A DNA stretch of 64,000 nt from Corallochytrium limacisporum Hawaii (taxonomy: Eukaryota; Protista; Pluriformea), in contig PDIP01000019.1 of NCBI GenBank assembly GCA_002811645.1, forward strand, positions 314,404 to 378,403, given 5' to 3'. The position numbers and the translations under genes are program-made. Of this stretch, positions 44,425 to 55,844 are shown piece after piece. A model generated the notes under the pieces. It was given only the letters and a program-made list of their open reading frames with translations, did not search any database and was not told the DNA's origin. The stretch's first letter is position 1. The number at the start of each line of letters is the position of its first letter.

Positions 44425-46569
44425 ATGTCGGACAATGGTGGGAGTCAGAGGGCCTCGCTCATTTTGCGGGAGAGTTCGGAACAATCTGCGCCAATGATGG
44501 CTCTGGCAGAGCGCTTAAAGGATCCAGAGCTGCAATGCAAAGCAAACTGTGGATTCTTTGGCAATCCTGCATGGCAAGGGTACTGTAGTGTTTGCTACAA
44601 GAAGGCCAAAGCAGCGGGAAAACTGGGCCCCGCTGCAGAGCCGTCCACGGAGCGTTCGGTGAGTGCCACAGAAACGGTGAGTTCGACAGCATTTGGTGGG
44701 ATTGGCCAGCCCCAGCAAACCAGGCCAGCTCATCTTGGCGTCGAAAGAGCCCACACACCGAACAGCATAGCCAGCACAGACAGCAACGACCTCGGGACAA
44801 TTCTACAAAAGGAATACACACGCACGGAAGAGCAACGGCAGCCCCCACAGGAAGTTGAGCGGAATCGCACTTTGCAAAGTCCTCGTGCTCACAGTCAATC
44901 CAGTAGTCGGCCTACCACACCGCACAGTGTCACCGGTTCTCCGCCGAATGATGGACTTATACCGTACCCTGGAAAACAGGGCGGTGCGGCTGGTCAAAGA
45001 TCGCCCAGTTCCCAAGTTGCCGCCTCTGCACAGGAAGTTGCGGGCCGTTTAGTTGGCATGTTTGAGCGTTCTGCTGTCCGAGAGTATCTCAACAATTTTA
45101 CCGGCAGTAACGCACGACAGGCTCCAACCCCGGGCAGCAGTATACAGCCGGAGGATCGGGACTCTGCCACCTTCAACAAATTCCTCAAGGTTATGCAGAA
45201 GCCACAGGCTCGGGATCTTGTGCAAGAGACAAAAGTGTTCGTTGACTCGATGCTGCGCGAGCCTGCTGAAGCATCCACACCACAGCAGCAAAGTGAACGA
45301 GTGCAGCATTTCCTGGGTACTATCGCTAATCGGCTGCCGAATCATCCCCTGTGGCGAGGAAGCCGGACAAAGGATATCGAAGAAGCCATGGATGGCTTTG
45401 AGCGCTACATTATGATCAAACTGTACAAGCGACTGTATCAACCGCACGGAACTCGGGAAGATACCGAGAAGGAGGCTCGCATGTTGCACCAATTCCGCCT
45501 TCACCATTGGATTTCGCCAGAAAATCTGGAGATTCAGCTTGAGGACAGTCCTGAAGTGCTCAACGCTTTGCGCCTGAGCATGGAAGAAATTGCACGTCTG
45601 AGCCAGTACAAGGCGCCGCAAGACAAGTTGGAGCGCATTGTTAGCAGCTGCCAGTGGATTTTCCGCATCATCAAGGCATCACATGACACCGCGGAACGGG
45701 AACGCAGTAGGGAGGAAGAAGAAGTCGTTGCCCAGGAGCAGCTGATTGATCTGGATGCCCAGCCGAACATGGAACTCTCTCCTCGGGCGGATCAGCTCCC
45801 CACACGAAAGGCTGTCAGTGCTGACGATTTCCTGCCGCTGCTGATTTATGTGATCATGAAAACGGCACCCCGTAACCTGGCCTATAATTTGCAGTTTATT
45901 TCTTTGTTTGCCAGTCCGTCCAAGCTGGTTAGTGGCGAAGGTGGCTACCACTTTACCAACGTGTGTGCTGCAGTTAACTTTATTGAGAACATTTCGTACG
46001 AGAAGCTATCAGGTATTGACAAGGAAGAATACGACCGGCGGGTCCAGGATACTTTGGACACATTGGCCGAGGATGAGCTCCAAACCGACACTACACCCAG
46101 CGGCAATGCCGCAAGCTCGGGTGAAGATCCGAGTGAGTCTTCCGCGGACCAGAACAATCCTGGCCAACAAAAATCTCAACCGGCGGTCCCGAACGGCCTG
46201 CGCCAGAGCGTCAGTGCCAATGGACCCTTGGCATCGGATATTATTCAGGCACGGGAATGGCAACGAACCCACGGTGAGCAGACCCGCGAGATTCAACACA
46301 TCAAGTCAACTCTAGCGGAGGCTCGGAACGAGATTCCGGCAGAAGTGACAGCCGAAATGACAGCCAGTCCATATGGTGCAGGCACTGAACTTACCAATGA
46401 GATGCCCACAGATGAGGAAATGGAAGCTCTGCACCTGGCCATGGCACTGTCCAACTCAATGGTGGACCTGGGACAGCCGACTCCGGGCAGTCAGAGCAAT
46501 TCGACTTCCCCTCAGTCAGCCAAGCCTGAATCAGAGGCTCCCACCACCGGAAACCTTATCGACTTGTAA
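44425..46569 (+). CDS. RABGEF1: Rab5 GEF Rabex-5-like (A20 zinc finger + VPS9 domain + C-terminal UIM)
   Basis: CKANCGFFGNPAWQGYCSVC (A20 zinc finger); KAPQDKL, SADDFLPLLIY, SGEGGYHFTN (VPS9); DEEMEALHLAMALS (UIM). Confidence 0.92.
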   Translation: MSDNGGSQRASLILRESSEQSAPMMALAERLKDPELQCKANCGFFGNPAWQGYCSVCYKKAKAAGKLGPAAEPSTERSVSATETVSSTAFGGIGQPQQTRPAHLGVERAHTPNSIASTDSNDLGTILQKEYTRTEEQRQPPQEVERNRTLQSPRAHSQSSSRPTTPHSVTGSPPNDGLIPYPGKQGGAAGQRSPSSQVAASAQEVAGRLVGMFERSAVREYLNNFTGSNARQAPTPGSSIQPEDRDSATFNKFLKVMQKPQARDLVQETKVFVDSMLREPAEASTPQQQSERVQHFLGTIANRLPNHPLWRGSRTKDIEEAMDGFERYIMIKLYKRLYQPHGTREDTEKEARMLHQFRLHHWISPENLEIQLEDSPEVLNALRLSMEEIARLSQYKAPQDKLERIVSSCQWIFRIIKASHDTAERERSREEEEVVAQEQLIDLDAQPNMELSPRADQLPTRKAVSADDFLPLLIYVIMKTAPRNLAYNLQFISLFASPSKLVSGEGGYHFTNVCAAVNFIENISYEKLSGIDKEEYDRRVQDTLDTLAEDELQTDTTPSGNAASSGEDPSESSADQNNPGQQKSQPAVPNGLRQSVSANGPLASDIIQAREWQRTHGEQTREIQHIKSTLAEARNEIPAEVTAEMTASPYGAGTELTNEMPTDEEMEALHLAMALSNSMVDLGQPTPGSQSNSTSPQSAKPESEAPTTGNLIDL

Positions 46570-46741
46570 AGCAACGAATGGCGCGTTATTTGATGGTAGG
46601 GATATGAAAGTCTGAGCCGTTTGACATACGACTCACTCAGAATGATATTATACGTCTACGTAATCTATATGTGGCAAACGATGTATTCAGATAAAGGATG
46701 GATGTTGGATTACTGTTTCAAGATATGTCCGCTTCGATAGG

Positions 46742-47644
46742 CTAGGTGTTGTCCGTGGTTTCCGACCCGGAATCCTTCAGATGAACGGATCCACTCTCAC
46801 TCTCATTGCCGGTCACAACGGTGTCCACAGCAATTACGCTACTCACCCGAGGACCTTGCTCCTGCTCGTGTCTCCGCTTCTCTTTCTCTTTCTCATCTAC
46901 CTGCGCCTGTAGTTCCTCCAACTCCGCCCGGAGGGCCTCCACTTTCTTCTTCATTTCCATATTGTCGCGCCGGTAGTTCTTTATCAGCTCGTAGTCAATC
47001 TCAATGGCGGCAGCGAACCCGTGCAAGACTCTTACCACTCGCCAGAGCATTACCACAATCACCACTCCGGCGGCCCTGGCCACGAAGAGCTCTAGAATTA
47101 GAGCCACAGTAACGACCACGAAATCTAGGACGTACCAGAAGTGCTTGAAGTAATCCCTACCGAAGCATATCATCAACAGGATCTGTTCCAGTTCAATAAA
47201 GAGCAAGATGCTGATAGAAATGTAAAAAAGCCGATCTTCCACCTCCTCGATTTTGTCCTCTGGCTCTTCGCAATTAACATGGACGATTGCCTCGGAAATG
47301 ATCACCACAATATCCATGATCAGCAGAACAACAATGAATAGTTGAAAGGGCATATCTTCCAGGAAACAACCCAACTCATAGCGGTACTTGTGCCATTGGT
47401 TTTTGTCCAGGAGATGGAGTCTCGTGTCAGCTATTCGACGCCGAGACAGTTTGGCTAGCATCATGACCAACCATTCGTGCAAACGACCGTGCCGCTTGCG
47501 GGCTGTGCCATCGAAAACGTATGAAGAGATATCCTCTTCGTTCATACGAATTTCCTCTTTGATCTCTGCATCGTCCTGCAACTGTTCACCCTCTTCCTCT
47601 GACACTACTTGTTGGTCGCTTTTAGGATCCTCATGCTCTGACAT
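46742..47644 (-). CDS. HVCN1: Voltage-gated proton channel Hv1-like
   Basis: Four-TM voltage-sensor domain without a pore: S1 LLIMDIVVIISE (selectivity Asp), S3 VLDFVVV, S4 MLWRVVRVLHG, then a C-terminal coiled coil. Confidence 0.85.
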   Translation of the reverse strand: MSEHEDPKSDQQVVSEEEGEQLQDDAEIKEEIRMNEEDISSYVFDGTARKRHGRLHEWLVMMLAKLSRRRIADTRLHLLDKNQWHKYRYELGCFLEDMPFQLFIVVLLIMDIVVIISEAIVHVNCEEPEDKIEEVEDRLFYISISILLFIELEQILLMICFGRDYFKHFWYVLDFVVVTVALILELFVARAAGVVIVVMLWRVVRVLHGFAAAIEIDYELIKNYRRDNMEMKKKVEALRAELEELQAQVDEKEKEKRRHEQEQGPRVSSVIAVDTVVTGNESESGSVHLKDSGSETTDNT

Positions 47645-48674
47645 GGCTGGTTGCCCGAATTTCCCAAGTTCTAACTATCTAATTGGTCCAGTCCTTCTCA
47701 TATGCACTAACCTTTTCTATTCCTTTACGCGTTAAGTACCTAGCTCCACAGATATCCATTCAATTTCGTAGCGAGGTCCACAGATATCCGTTCTCTGCAG
47801 GTGATGTTCCACGGCACGATGGTTTTTCCACCTCACATAGCTTCCCAAATCCACGGAATTTTCCTCTCCCCGTTCCTCCCAATTCCTACAGTCCCTACCT
47901 CCCCGTCTCAACCCCTCCGCCACCACCACCACCGCTGTCTCTCTCTGTTCCTCGGGGTCCCGGCTTAGGGGGGCCCCGGGCGATGAAGAAACTCGGGCCC
48001 GCCCGTTTCGGCCCACTTTTGAAGGAGGATTCTTCGCACTTGCAGGTATCTCTGTCTCTCTCGCTCTCTCTCTCTCGCTCTCTGTCTGCCCCTTCTCCCT
48101 CCCCCTTCCCCCCCCTCCACCCCTCGCTCTCATTTTTTTTTTCCCCTTTTTTTCCTTGGGTTGCCCTTTCCTGTGTTCGCCCGGGGGGCTCTCTCTACCC
48201 AACGGCCCGGACTGTACAGCCTGGGGCTGGGCTCATCACCCGCCTCTCTGGCCGGTACGCGGAATGTAGCAGAAGAGAACCCCCCTGCCCGCTGTCTCTC
48301 CACCACGGAAGCCAAGAACACACACACGCACACACCACCTCTCTTCCCCGCTGGCCTCACCACACGGCGGCTCCGTTACAAAATTTTCACACATTTTTTT
48401 TTCTTCTTCTGCTCTCTTTCGTGCCTTCAGCAGCAATGGTGGGGTGATCCAATGGCAATACGCCAGGAGAGGCGGCAGGAAAGAGCTTGGTTGGGGGACA
48501 GTTGGTGGTGGAGGAATGGGAAATTTTTCTCCCCTCCCCCGGTGTGGTGGTGGCATAGGGAAAATTTTGGCCCCCGGACTTGCAAAGCGAAAACCGAGTG
48601 ATTTGGTGCGCGTCTGCCCATCCATCAGGAGGCCATGTCTCTCCATAGTTTCGATCGATGGCGTGCGCATTATC

Positions 48675-48696
48675 GTGTGTGTGTGTGTGTGTGTGT
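48675..48696 (+). repeat. (GT)n microsatellite
   Basis: Read directly. Confidence 0.85.
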
Positions 48697-48902
48697 GAGT
48701 GAATAATGGGACGATGATGGACTATGAATGGGAAAACGCCTGTGTCTCATCTTGGAAATAGGTTAAGTGAAATGGGACTCGAGATACGATGGAGAGTATG
48801 GTGACGAGGAAGATGCCAACTCCCCCGTTCGGACGGTGTACCTTACGGATGACTATTCTATTGCTATACATGGGCACGATGTGACTTTGCCACTACTTAT
48901 AT

Positions 48903-50453
48903 TCAGCCAGTAGGGCTGATGACCTCGAGCTCGTGATTACCAACTCGAAACGGATGCTTCCGACTGGGCAAATGACCGCCCAAGACCTCAATGAATGTGG
49001 AATAGGAACCGATGATGAGCACGACTATACCCAGGCTTATCATTCCCAATGCCACCCATTGTTCCCGGCGGTTGTCAATGTGTTTCATGGCGCGGTAGTA
49101 CACCATGCCTGGCATGATGAAAGTGACGTAAGCGCCCAGGGTGGACCCAAAGATGTGGAAAAGAGTCTCCAGGCTGCTGATGCTTGTGGCTACGACGAAA
49201 ACGATTGCCGCCGCTCCGGCCATCTCCGTGAAATTAACCCAGTGTTTCAAATCTATGGACGCCCAGAAAAAGGTCGAATTGAAGATCTTGCGCAAAGGCA
49301 GGGCAATTACTGGCAACTTCAGCACATTAACCAGACCAAAGGCTAGCTGGCTCCAGAACACAATGTATCCCTTTTGATCGCCACCGCTGAGTACGTCGCC
49401 TCTGGTGTGTGAGCCAAAGAGCAGGAAGGCCACGAGACTGAAAAACACGTAGAGCGGCATGGTCAGGCCGTACATGGCCAAAGCGACCGCCTTGCGGAAG
49501 TGATGTTTGGTCTTGCGCGGCATTTCATTGCGCAGAGCGATCACATTGAAATGACAGCAGTATGCCAGCGCATGGATCGGCAAAATGAGTGCCATCTCCG
49601 AGAGTCCGTTGAAGGGACGGCTATGGACGGCTGAGCCCGCGGGTCCGTCGACCCCCAACTTGACCGCAAATCCCACAGCAACAACTATGGTCAGCACCAA
49701 ACCCGCTGTGCTCACGAATCTACTTGCATTCAAGGTCTGTTGCATTGTGAATGGGATGGCCACAACACTGACAACGGCCATGACCAGGAACCGATTAGCC
49801 ACGTAGGGGCCAAGCCACGTATCTCCCAGCAGTGACACCAGGGCTGGCACCAGAAGATCGCCAGCAATCACCATGATGGCCATATACGCCGCAAACAAGA
49901 TGAGGATCAAGACAACACGTAGAGTCAGCAATCCCCGTGGCCCGTAACTTGTTTCCATAAGAGTTTCAAGGTCCGGCACTTTGTACGCAATTGCGGAATT
50001 TACCAGCATCATTGCACTCTGATCGCTTATGAATGCAAAACACATTAGCATCAGTGTGCCGCCGAGCCATCCGCCCTCTCGTATAGTAACTGGCAAACTA
50101 AGGATGCTGGAGCCGAGGGCCGTCATGGCCAGGTTCACACTTGTACTCCACACTGTGGCCCGCGGCTTGTCAATGGGATCGTGGGGAATGGGGTCTTCGT
50201 CTCCGAACTCAACGTCACTCATTGAATCAGGAAGACTGCCCCATTCCCGCCGTAGTCGCCCTCCACCGTTGATTGGCCCGTTCGCATACTCTTCAGATCC
50301 GATGCTGCCGTAGCCGTTGGTATTTCCATTGTCGCCCAAGAATTCCTGCCTACGCATGAGTGGAGAATGCTCTGGCAGGCTGTTCTGTCGGAGGTCCTTG
50401 TGGATGCGCGGTGTTGGCGTGTTCTGCCGCCGCTTTTGGTCCACCGCAGACAT
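48903..50453 (-). CDS. Amino acid transporter, AAAP/SLC38/AVT family
   Basis: NLAMTALGSSILSLP, ALAYCCHFNV, about 11 hydrophobic segments. Confidence 0.9.
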   Translation of the reverse strand: MSAVDQKRRQNTPTPRIHKDLRQNSLPEHSPLMRRQEFLGDNGNTNGYGSIGSEEYANGPINGGGRLRREWGSLPDSMSDVEFGDEDPIPHDPIDKPRATVWSTSVNLAMTALGSSILSLPVTIREGGWLGGTLMLMCFAFISDQSAMMLVNSAIAYKVPDLETLMETSYGPRGLLTLRVVLILILFAAYMAIMVIAGDLLVPALVSLLGDTWLGPYVANRFLVMAVVSVVAIPFTMQQTLNASRFVSTAGLVLTIVVAVGFAVKLGVDGPAGSAVHSRPFNGLSEMALILPIHALAYCCHFNVIALRNEMPRKTKHHFRKAVALAMYGLTMPLYVFFSLVAFLLFGSHTRGDVLSGGDQKGYIVFWSQLAFGLVNVLKLPVIALPLRKIFNSTFFWASIDLKHWVNFTEMAGAAAIVFVVATSISSLETLFHIFGSTLGAYVTFIMPGMVYYRAMKHIDNRREQWVALGMISLGIVVLIIGSYSTFIEVLGGHLPSRKHPFRVGNHELEVISPTG

Positions 50454-52078
50454 TGTCCTTATGTTTGTATGCTGAAGTTGTTCTGCTAATTGTCTAGTTA
50501 TACGAGTGATATTTCTAACGGTCTGCCCTGCACAAATGACCTATACCATGGTTTCTGGGTCCTGACCTACTACTATCTACTATTCTCTACTACTCACAAT
50601 ATCTCGCCATGGTAACATACGTAGGTATAATTACAAAGTGATCTCTGTAGTAGTGCTAACATCTCCAAATAGCACACCGGGTCTGTCCCCAAAAAGCATC
50701 ACACTCCGCCCTGCGCGCACCCGCCCAAGAGTCGCACTCGGATCCGCCGCCGCCCCCCCCTCCAACTCCCCCCTTTTGGACGCCGTTCATCCATCCCGGC
50801 AGGAAATTAAGAATTGAACCGTAGAGGAGCAAAAGTCACGCCCAATTTCACCTCCAAAGCAATTTTCAAAACAGACACCACCGCCCCCCTTCCCAACCCT
50901 TGGTTCTCTTCCCCTTTGGCCACCACCCTACCTCCTCCCCCCCCCCTGGGCGGAAGGTTACACAATAGCACCAGGAAAGCCCTGACACAACCCCCCCCCC
51001 CTTCTTCTTCTTCCCCCTTGCAATCGTGTGTGAACCCGGGGTAACCATTAAAGGGCCCACCTTTTCTAAACCCGTCTCCAGATCTTTGGGGGGGGGGGGG
51101 GGGGCGACGGGGACCGACCGATGGCAAGATCATCATATGTCCACAACCGGGTCCAAGCTGTCGAGCCACCGGCCATCGCGCACCAGCCATTTCTAACAAC
51201 ACACCAAGTCCCGGGGAACGATGTCCAGTACGCTGCTTTTCTAGTGTGTTTGTGTGTGTGTGTGTGTCCACACAGGGCACAAAGAAACTGCGGTAGTGGC
51301 GCGCAGCATGCAAGCAAGCAAAGCAAAGCACCCCGTCCTGGCCGTTACACGGCCCAAAATGGAGAACACCGCGACAAGAGAAAAAGAGAGAGAGAGAGAG
51401 AGAGATAGCGAGGCGCAGGTACAACGCGGCTGACCGGGTGGTTTTTTTCTTCTTCTTTCTTTTTCAAGCGTCTCGGAAGGCCGGACACTACCAACGTTGA
51501 AAACGATGAAAGAAAATGGCCAGTGGGGAGGAGACCAACCAAAGACGCGCCCCGTAACAAAAATAAAAGAGGAAACCAAGGGAAAAAAAGATAAGAAAAC
51601 AAAGAAAGGAGAGAAAAAATTTGCCCAGAAGAATTTGTCCGCACTTTTCATTATGAATGTATACAAGGAGCCAAGGAAATGAAAAAATTGGGAAAGGAAG
51701 AATCGTTGGAAATACCAACAAAAAAAAATTGAAAATGAATTCGCGGCACCTTCGACCCACAATGCGCGGGTTGGGTTGGCCTATCTCCCCCCTCCTTCTC
51801 TCTCCCTCCTCATTCTTTGCCGGTTTGGGGTATCGCCTTGGTTTCAGTAGTGAATGTATGGCGAAACGGGTCATACTTTCTTTGGACCATGATTCTTCTT
51901 GGGACCCCATGTGGATCTCCCTAAGAATTCACGTCAACTTTCTGCAGTACATTCACTACCGCGGGTGCCACGGGCCTCCGGACGGGACAAGCGGGTAGGT
52001 TGTGCCCCTTCCCCCGCGGGGCGGGGCAAGCACTGGTGTGTGCCGGAGCGGCCATTTCACCGGGTAAATTCCCCCCCC

Positions 52079-52291
52079 NNNNNNNNNNNNNNNNNNNNNN
52101 NNNNNNNNNNNNNNNNNNNNNNNNNNNNNNNNNNNNNNNNNNNNNNNNNNNNNNNNNNNNNNNNNNNNNNNNNNNNNNNNNNNNNNNNNNNNNNNNNNNN
52201 NNNNNNNNNNNNNNNNNNNNNNNNNNNNNNNNNNNNNNNNNNNNNNNNNNNNNNNNNNNNNNNNNNNNNNNNNNNNNNNNNNNNNNNNNNN
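52079..52291. other. Assembly gap (N run)
   Basis: Run of N between a poly-C and a G-rich flank. Confidence 0.99.
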
Positions 52292-53148
52292 GAGGGGGTG
52301 CGGTGGATTTATGCTTAAACCTTCCCTGCTTCTGTTTTCTTGGGGTTTTCTTTTTTTTCTTTTTTCTTTTTTTTTGGCTATTTTGTGGGAATGGAGGGAG
52401 GGGGGGTAATTTTGTGAGCCCTTTGGTTCTTTTTCCTTGGGGTTTCTTTCTTACACAGCTTCTTTTTTTTTTTCTTTTTTTGCGTCTTTGGCTACTTGGA
52501 CTAAGGGTCATTTGGTAGCAGAGTGAGACAAATCCCCCCCGCCCTCCCTAAGGATTTGCCTTTTTATGTTTTTCCTTTTCTTTTTTTTGCTTTTGTTTTT
52601 TGCTTCTTTAGTTTTCTCCCCCTTTTTATTTATATTGTCCTTTCGCATCAGCGCCGTGGTCCGCTAAAGGTTTTTATTCTCTTTGTGGGACAGGGAACGT
52701 GCCACGGTGGTCCGATGGCAAAATTGGAACAAAATGCATGATAGCCATGGGAAGAAACCCAGGTGCTGCATCGAACTTGGGTCGGTCATCCTGCGATTTC
52801 ACTCTCACACGGACGAACTGCGTACGTACACATTCCTGGAGACATACATACTGCTTTCACACTCCGACGTACGTAAGCACAAGACATACGGAGTGACCAT
52901 GTAAGCCCGCCATGACACATCCATACTCGCTCATTCTGTTGGCCGGGCAACTCTCACTTCTAGTGCGAGGGATGGGGTGGTGCGGCCGCCCCCTTTTGCC
53001 TGGAATGTTCGACAAAGTGCTACAGATGCTGCTAGGTACGTGCTATGATTTTACTACTTACTAGGCATATTACTGTACAGAAACAAATTGTTAAGATCCC
53101 TCACCCACGGCCACATCTTCGGGTTCTGGCTCTGGCTGCGAATTTCAA

Positions 53149-55401
53149 TCACAGTCCCATCCAAGAACTACTGCCATTCACATTCTGGACGGCACTGAGG
53201 GGCAGGCCTTTGGCGTCGCAGAAGCACCATTCATACCACACGCGCTGGTGGTCGTGACGCCGCCAGATCTGCAGGTTAATCGACTCTCCTGCACTAAGGT
53301 GGATTGGATGGCGAATTGGAAAGAAGATCGGAAACCAACTGCTCATGCCGGCACTCATGGTCTGGGGCACCGTGGACATCAGCACTGCGGGATGTAGGCG
53401 CGATTCAAAGTAGCCAAGGAAGCCGTCCAATTGCACCTCCTGCGGTGCGGTGAAAGTAAGGCTACAGTGCCGCTCGTACTTCTCCTGTACGGACCAATCT
53501 TCGCCGGCTGCGGATCCAACAAGCGTAGACGGATGCGTGAAATCCCAGCACCGCTTGGCCTGATCAAACGTGTATGCGCACTGCGCCTTGACGACGTACG
53601 GAGTATCGTAGTTCTTGAAAGGTTCCCGCTGCGACGGCGCCACGAGGGCGTTCAGTGAATTGCGCAATTTTAGGGACATGACCGGTGCGGCGAAGGCAGT
53701 GTAGGACAACGGAACACTCTGTCCACGACCATCTTCGCGGAGCAAGTGGTACTCCGCAGAGTACAAGCACTCGGGAGACAGTTCATTGTCACCGAATGAT
53801 CCGAGCAATTCGCTGACGAGCAGATCCGCCCGTTTGCCCTTAAGCTGCGGATGCATGCGTCGCATATCGGTTTCGATGACAGTGACCTTGCCATCCCACT
53901 CACGCTGATTGCGGTAGTTCAGAGTCGGCACCGCACCAGCATTCTTTTCTATGGCGAAGCAGGTAATTGGTACCCCTGTACTCTGGGAGGCGGTGAGAGC
54001 GGCGGCCACTAGAGGACCACGGCCTGCACCAACCACCATAACCATCACGGGTCGCTCGTTGATCGGAACTGCAGGATCATCTCCCGAACTCAGCCCTTTC
54101 AGACAGTGTTCGATGGCATCTTTGTACAATTGGTACTTGATTGGATCCTGTTCAAAAACAGCATACGTCTGGCTCTGCAGATTATCACTCAATGGTTGTA
54201 AAGGTGCCTGCAGATAGTCCTCCCAACCGCCTGTGTTCTTGTGATACAGTTCCTGACGGCGCGCCTCTCGCAGATTGTGGCAAATGTAGTTGCAGTAGTC
54301 CTCGTGCAGAGCAGTAGGTTCATCCTCCAAAACCTCCTCATGTCCCCAACCGAGGACCTCAGACCGTTGGCTACTACGCAGAAACAGACGCGCTCCGTTC
54401 GGCATCAGACGCGCAATGACCTTTTGGTGGAACTGCGAGAGCACAGCGACGCCCTTGCGGTTTACGATAAACCGATCGGTGCAGATCTCAATTGCTCCGA
54501 CGGGCTCTCCAGCCCACCGATCCATGGCCGCGGCAACATCAAAAGGAATTCCGTTCCGATCAATGGCCTCACTCTTGGTCTGTCCATGGGCAGGACCATT
54601 CAACACCACCCCCTTGAGGTCTTCGTGAAAGAGCAGTGTAGGCATGATGTGCGCATTGCCACCGCTGGCAGTCTTGATGCTACTCCAAATATGCCAACTA
54701 TGGATGTCATTGACCGGAAAGGTAATCCACATGCCAATCTCCCGCGTTCCAGTCATGGGTCCGAGAACACTGGCAATGATGCCAGGTATGTACTTTGGTG
54801 GACAGTTGGCCCAGTCCACACGTATAAGGATGCCTGCGCAACCGCAGTGCAGGGCCCAGTTAATGTCAGCAACCATACCCTTTTGCATTGCAGGGCCCCA
54901 TAGGTCGTCCTCTGTTAGTGCCTTGCTGTTCTGTTGTCCTTCCTGCTTGGCACCTTCAAATTTCTCTTGCTCATCGTTTTCTTTAGGATCCGTATGGTTT
55001 TGGTTGTTCTTCATGTCTGTGCTCTTGAACCAGGCATTGTTCTCGTCCTTCGCCCCAGTTGCTCCCGTTGGTCCGTTTGCGACTGCAGAAAGATCGAAGG
55101 GCTTCGGACGCCCAACATAACTGTGGCCGTTGACGCGATCCAGCACCCCATGCGGCTGTACGGTGCCCGGTTTGTCCGGAGGGCCCACGTTCGGCCCACC
55201 ATAGATCTCCGCAACGACCCGATCTGACCACTGGCGCGTATCCAGATCGAAATCGGCCGAGACGCCTGACCTCCAGCGGTTAATGTGTTTACTGTCTGGA
55301 TGGCACATTGGCAGAACTAAGAACGAGTAGCCCGCTGCCAAAGCATCATTGAGCACCCGCTTTGGGTCGGCATAACCACTGAGACATGCTCTACCAACCA
55401 T
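53149..55401 (-). CDS. PRMT5: Protein arginine methyltransferase 5 (Skb1/Hsl7)
   Basis: YLQAPLQPLSDNLQSQTYAVFEQDPIKY, VVGAGRGPLV, VSELLGSFGDNELSPECL, MSSWFPIFFPI, VWYEW. Confidence 0.96.
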   Translation of the reverse strand: MVGRACLSGYADPKRVLNDALAAGYSFLVLPMCHPDSKHINRWRSGVSADFDLDTRQWSDRVVAEIYGGPNVGPPDKPGTVQPHGVLDRVNGHSYVGRPKPFDLSAVANGPTGATGAKDENNAWFKSTDMKNNQNHTDPKENDEQEKFEGAKQEGQQNSKALTEDDLWGPAMQKGMVADINWALHCGCAGILIRVDWANCPPKYIPGIIASVLGPMTGTREIGMWITFPVNDIHSWHIWSSIKTASGGNAHIMPTLLFHEDLKGVVLNGPAHGQTKSEAIDRNGIPFDVAAAMDRWAGEPVGAIEICTDRFIVNRKGVAVLSQFHQKVIARLMPNGARLFLRSSQRSEVLGWGHEEVLEDEPTALHEDYCNYICHNLREARRQELYHKNTGGWEDYLQAPLQPLSDNLQSQTYAVFEQDPIKYQLYKDAIEHCLKGLSSGDDPAVPINERPVMVMVVGAGRGPLVAAALTASQSTGVPITCFAIEKNAGAVPTLNYRNQREWDGKVTVIETDMRRMHPQLKGKRADLLVSELLGSFGDNELSPECLYSAEYHLLREDGRGQSVPLSYTAFAAPVMSLKLRNSLNALVAPSQREPFKNYDTPYVVKAQCAYTFDQAKRCWDFTHPSTLVGSAAGEDWSVQEKYERHCSLTFTAPQEVQLDGFLGYFESRLHPAVLMSTVPQTMSAGMSSWFPIFFPIRHPIHLSAGESINLQIWRRHDHQRVWYEWCFCDAKGLPLSAVQNVNGSSSWMGL

Positions 55402-55466
55402 TCTTAGGACGGTGCTCCTTGTGTCTGTCTATTAGGTGTGGTTGGTCCCCCTGCAAGTATCTCTCC

Positions 55467-55844
55467 CTAACGGAAAAGCTTCAGTCCCTTGAAAAACGAC
55501 TCCACTTCCGGCTTGTGATATGGGCGCGTGGCCAGTGCAGTCGAGATCTTCTCCGGCTCCTCAAGCCAACAATAGTGATCCACGGAATTCTGCTGCAGCT
55601 TGTTTACCAATTTTTTCAAGTTTTCTTCGCTCTCAATGCTGAGTACAATCTTGCGCATATGCGCCAGGTTGTCAGGGGCAATGTAGGCTTCTGTTTCGGG
55701 ATGCTCCCGATATTTGGCCAACGCTGCTGTTGTGGCGTGACAGGCTTGTGCCAATAGGGCTCCGACGGGCCACTTGAGTTCTCCAGCAATTAAGTCCTTA
55801 CGGACGACAACGTACTGTACCAATTGCACAGCACCACTGGACAT
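55467..55844 (-). CDS. PTRHD1: PTH2-family peptidyl-tRNA hydrolase domain protein (PTRHD1-like)
   Basis: LVQYVVVRKDL, WPVGALLAQACHA, HMRKIVL, WLEEPEKISTALATRPY. Confidence 0.92.
   Translation of the reverse strand: MSSGAVQLVQYVVVRKDLIAGELKWPVGALLAQACHATTAALAKYREHPETEAYIAPDNLAHMRKIVLSIESEENLKKLVNKLQQNSVDHYCWLEEPEKISTALATRPYHKPEVESFFKGLKLFR

Noticed and set aside
25433-50453. Apparent clustering of pH and endosomal genes (NHE, MCT, Rabex-5, Hv1, SLC38)
   Set aside because: Interspersed with unrelated housekeeping genes; no shared motif seen; compatible with chance.
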